The notes beneath the pieces were generated by a model that worked only from the letters and a program-made list of their open reading frames with translations, did not search any database and had not been told where the DNA came from. 64,000 bases of DNA, taken from the NCBI RefSeq assembly GCF_001447785.1, contig NW_015162017.1:109831-173830 (forward strand), read 5' to 3'. The translations under genes and the position numbers were made by a program. Shown piece by piece: positions 60,979 to 64,000 of the stretch (position 1 is its first letter; each line of letters starts with the position of its first letter). Source of the stretch: Gekko japonicus. Taxonomy: Eukaryota.

Positions 60979-63559
60979 AGAAGGGGGCACATTCCTTCTC
61001 TCCTGTCCCCAGCCAGGACTCCATCCATGCAAAGAGGGCTATAGTGATATTTAATCTGTATCTCAGCTTGCCTGAAGGGTCTTGGGCAGGTGTCACCAGA
61101 GCAGCACACATCCTCTCTGTAGTCACCCATCTTTTCCTATGGTGCCCCCTGCCATTTTGATGCCTCAGGCTGCAGCGTGCTTTACATGGACAGTGAACCT
61201 GTCCTGGTGCAGCAAAAGCAGCTTCTCCCTATCTTTGCTGCCCTTGCTGGACCTGACCAGTGTAGGAGGGAGGGGAAGAAGCTCCTACCCCTTTCCACCT
61301 TTATGCTACCACTACTCAGGTTCAGGACAAGCTGACACAAAAGGCTTTGTATTTAAAATTTCATTCTCTTCCTGTAATCTGAGATACACCTTCTATAAGC
61401 ATCACACCATCCTGACTGTAAGGGGAAGGAAGGTGTTTCTCAAGGATATCCAAGACCTTCTCTAATTAGTGGAGGGGAGTTGACAAGAAGGTCTGAGAGG
61501 AGACTAGAGCAGCAGGCTTTTTAAAAAATGCAAAGGCTTCATCTCTAACCTGCTCTGGACCTTTTCTGGTAGTCTGGTAGTAGAATACTGGGCTGTGTGA
61601 GAATGTGCATACTCTAAAAGCCACTTGCGCTGTACTGCATGGTTAGGAATGAATATAATCATAGTCCATTTGAGATGGTCTGCCCCTGGGCTGAAGGAAT
61701 AGAGAGCAATGTGGCAAAACTCTATATTCCATGTGTGGATGTCTGGATTCAGGCCACTATTAGTGAATTACATGCAACGAACCTGTGAAGAGTCATGGGG
61801 CAGAGAGGGGATAAGCAATTCTCTCCACAATAGAACAGTATGAGAGGCTGAAGTCAAAGGCTAAACAATAATTATGCTCTTCAGGCCTTTTTTTGGTGGG
61901 GAGGGGATAGCTGCTTCTCTTTGTCATTTTCTGCATTCTTATACAGTTTCTTGGCTATTCAAAAGTCCATGCCTTCTTTGTGATATTTTGCTTCTCTACT
62001 GGTAGGCAACTGACCACAGTTATAGGGAATGTGCATATTTCCTTAAAATTAGGCGGAAAATACTGTATTAGGCGGAAAGTACTGTATATTCACTATTATT
62101 ATATTCCTTATGCAGAAATCTGAATATTAGTATTAGTAATAATAGCAATATAAGAGATCAATGCCTAAATGTGTATGAGGTAGCAAAGGAGACAGACAGA
62201 AACAAGTGATGGGTTGGCCACATCCCCCCCCTCTTTTATTTTATTTTTTCCTAAATTGGCATTGATGTGTTATATCTCCTTGAAATTTCTTTTACTGTGT
62301 ATTCCTGATCAATAAGATGAAGGATGCTAACTGGAAAAATAGAGGTCTATTTAGCACAAAGCAATGAAAGTAATTGGCATGCTGTTAGTTGCCTCATACA
62401 TTATTGTCACACAATAATATATACCCTTCAATAATATCAGCACGAAGCTTTCTTCAATACCCACCTATAGATCCAGATTCAAAAGCTTCTACTCAGCACA
62501 GAGCTGACATCATTGCCAGAAATCTTCACCTAATAAAATCAAGTTATTTTTAATATCTTTCTTTCAGGTACGGGCTCTTACATTTCTGAGTGAGAAAAAT
62601 ATGCTCATGAAGTCAATTTTTAATACTTTTTTACTTTTGTTTTTCTATAGCTCACAGGAAATTCCACACAAAGTACATTTTCTTGACAAAAGTTTAGTTT
62701 TGCACAAACACTCTTATGGATGTTGTCTCAAAACTCTCAGTCTTTGACTAGGCAGGTTTAAGCCTTGCTGAGTATGACAGCTTGTGTGAACTCAGCACAG
62801 AGGCACTTTAAATTTCAGCCTCAAGAATGCAGATCTCAGACATTTGGTAGAGTGCAGTGACTCAGCACAAAACAAACCCAATTGTTCTTGGCTCCTGCAT
62901 ATATATTCCATAGCACTGGCTGCGTGAATTATGCACACTGACCTCTGTGTCATCGTTAATATGCTATGACTTTTTCAAAGGGCATAGGTGAAAGTCTAAC
63001 ACACTGTAGGCAACAGACAGGCATGCTATTCATAAATCACATTCTGGCTAGCTACTCTTGTTTGTTCTTTTGTCACCTCATTCCATGGCACCATTTCTCA
63101 AGTATCCTCCTTATCTTTAACTGGATTGAATGTCTTGTTTAGATGGATCATGAAACTAAAACTACAACTTACGCTGTAGCATTGTCTATATGTGCCAAAA
63201 CAATGGCTTGAATCTCCTTGGCTACACAGCCCTCTGCTCCAACCTAGTAATGAATAGAGACTGCATCATACTTTGAGATCCAGGAAGTAACAGAAAATGA
63301 AACCTTGAACAAAGAAAGCTGGCAGGTGAAATCATCTCAGTTTCTCAGATGTTCCCTTACCTGGGCAAATGCCCTAATAGTATCACCATATCAAAATAAA
63401 ACATTGTCTTTGTTGCCAATGAACTTTGTTGTTATCGTAACTGAAGTTCTGTTACTACACAATAGTGCCAGGAAAGAGGTGACAAAGAACATTAGTTAGG
63501 GATATGCATTTGGATATTAAAATTTTTTAAAATGAACCAAAATACCCCTTTATTTAATA

Positions 63560-64000
63560 TTAGGAATAAGGCCTGTTGTGGAAATAAATACAATGAGCTC
63601 TAGAAAGAGGCTCTGGGCAGGTGCCCTAGCCTTGGGCACTCAGCATCAATTTGCTGTGGTGACCTCGGCAGTGTATAATGACACAGAGTCCACCGTTTTC
63701 TCCAGGTGAACTGATCTCTGCCATCTAAAGAACAGCTGTAATTCTGAGTGATCTCNNNNNNNNNNNNNNNNNNNNNNNNNNNNNNNNNNNNNNNNNNNNN
63801 NNNNNNNNNNNNNNNNNNNNNNNNNNNNNNNNNNNNNNNNNNNNNNNNNNNNNNNNNNNNNNNNNNNNNNNNNNNNNNNNNNNNNNNNNNNNNNNNNNNN
63901 NNNNNNNTAAGTTGTAATTGTGAGTGACCTCCAGCCCTCACCTGGAGATTGACAACAATGGTTCCCCATGAGGGAATGGCTGGTTTGGAGGGTGTATAGA
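63560..64000 (-). mobile_element. Non-autonomous Helitron, copy 3 (spans a gap, runs off the window)
   Basis: Minus 3' end hairpin followed by CTAA|T; homologous to copy 1 (about 2730-2815 and 3075-3265). Confidence 0.68.

Noticed and set aside
1-64000. Host protein-coding gene among the six-frame ORFs
   Set aside because: All recognisable peptides are TE-derived; the rest are short, low-complexity or antisense shadows without consistent splice structure.

Overview
Repeat-rich vertebrate intronic or intergenic DNA, most likely from a squamate reptile and probably a gecko. That assignment is inferred from the BovB element, the tRNA-CORE SINEs and the MITE types. The assembly is gapped, with N-runs at 27921-27954, 52875-53002 and 63756-63907. 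No host protein-coding gene, RNA gene or CRISPR array can be supported. Every recognisable protein fragment is transposon-derived: CR1, L2, RTE-BovB, an RTE-X-like RT, L1 ORF1/ORF2, a Mag-type Gypsy gag-protease and a Ngaro-type SGNH motif. The window also holds solo LTRs, hAT and PIF/Harbinger MITEs with readable TIRs and TSDs, Penelope fragments and three copies of a non-autonomous Helitron. Main points of interest: (1) several RT-less L1 derivatives, two of them TSD-bounded, including an ORF1-only (HAL1-like) element; (2) a TSD-bounded BovB whose RT core is replaced by about 1.3 kb of foreign DNA; (3) a Helitron carrying hAT-MITE fragments; (4) a pol-deleted two-LTR Gypsy; (5) a candidate 16-nt microexon on the minus strand. 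Family names come from motif recognition, not database searches.
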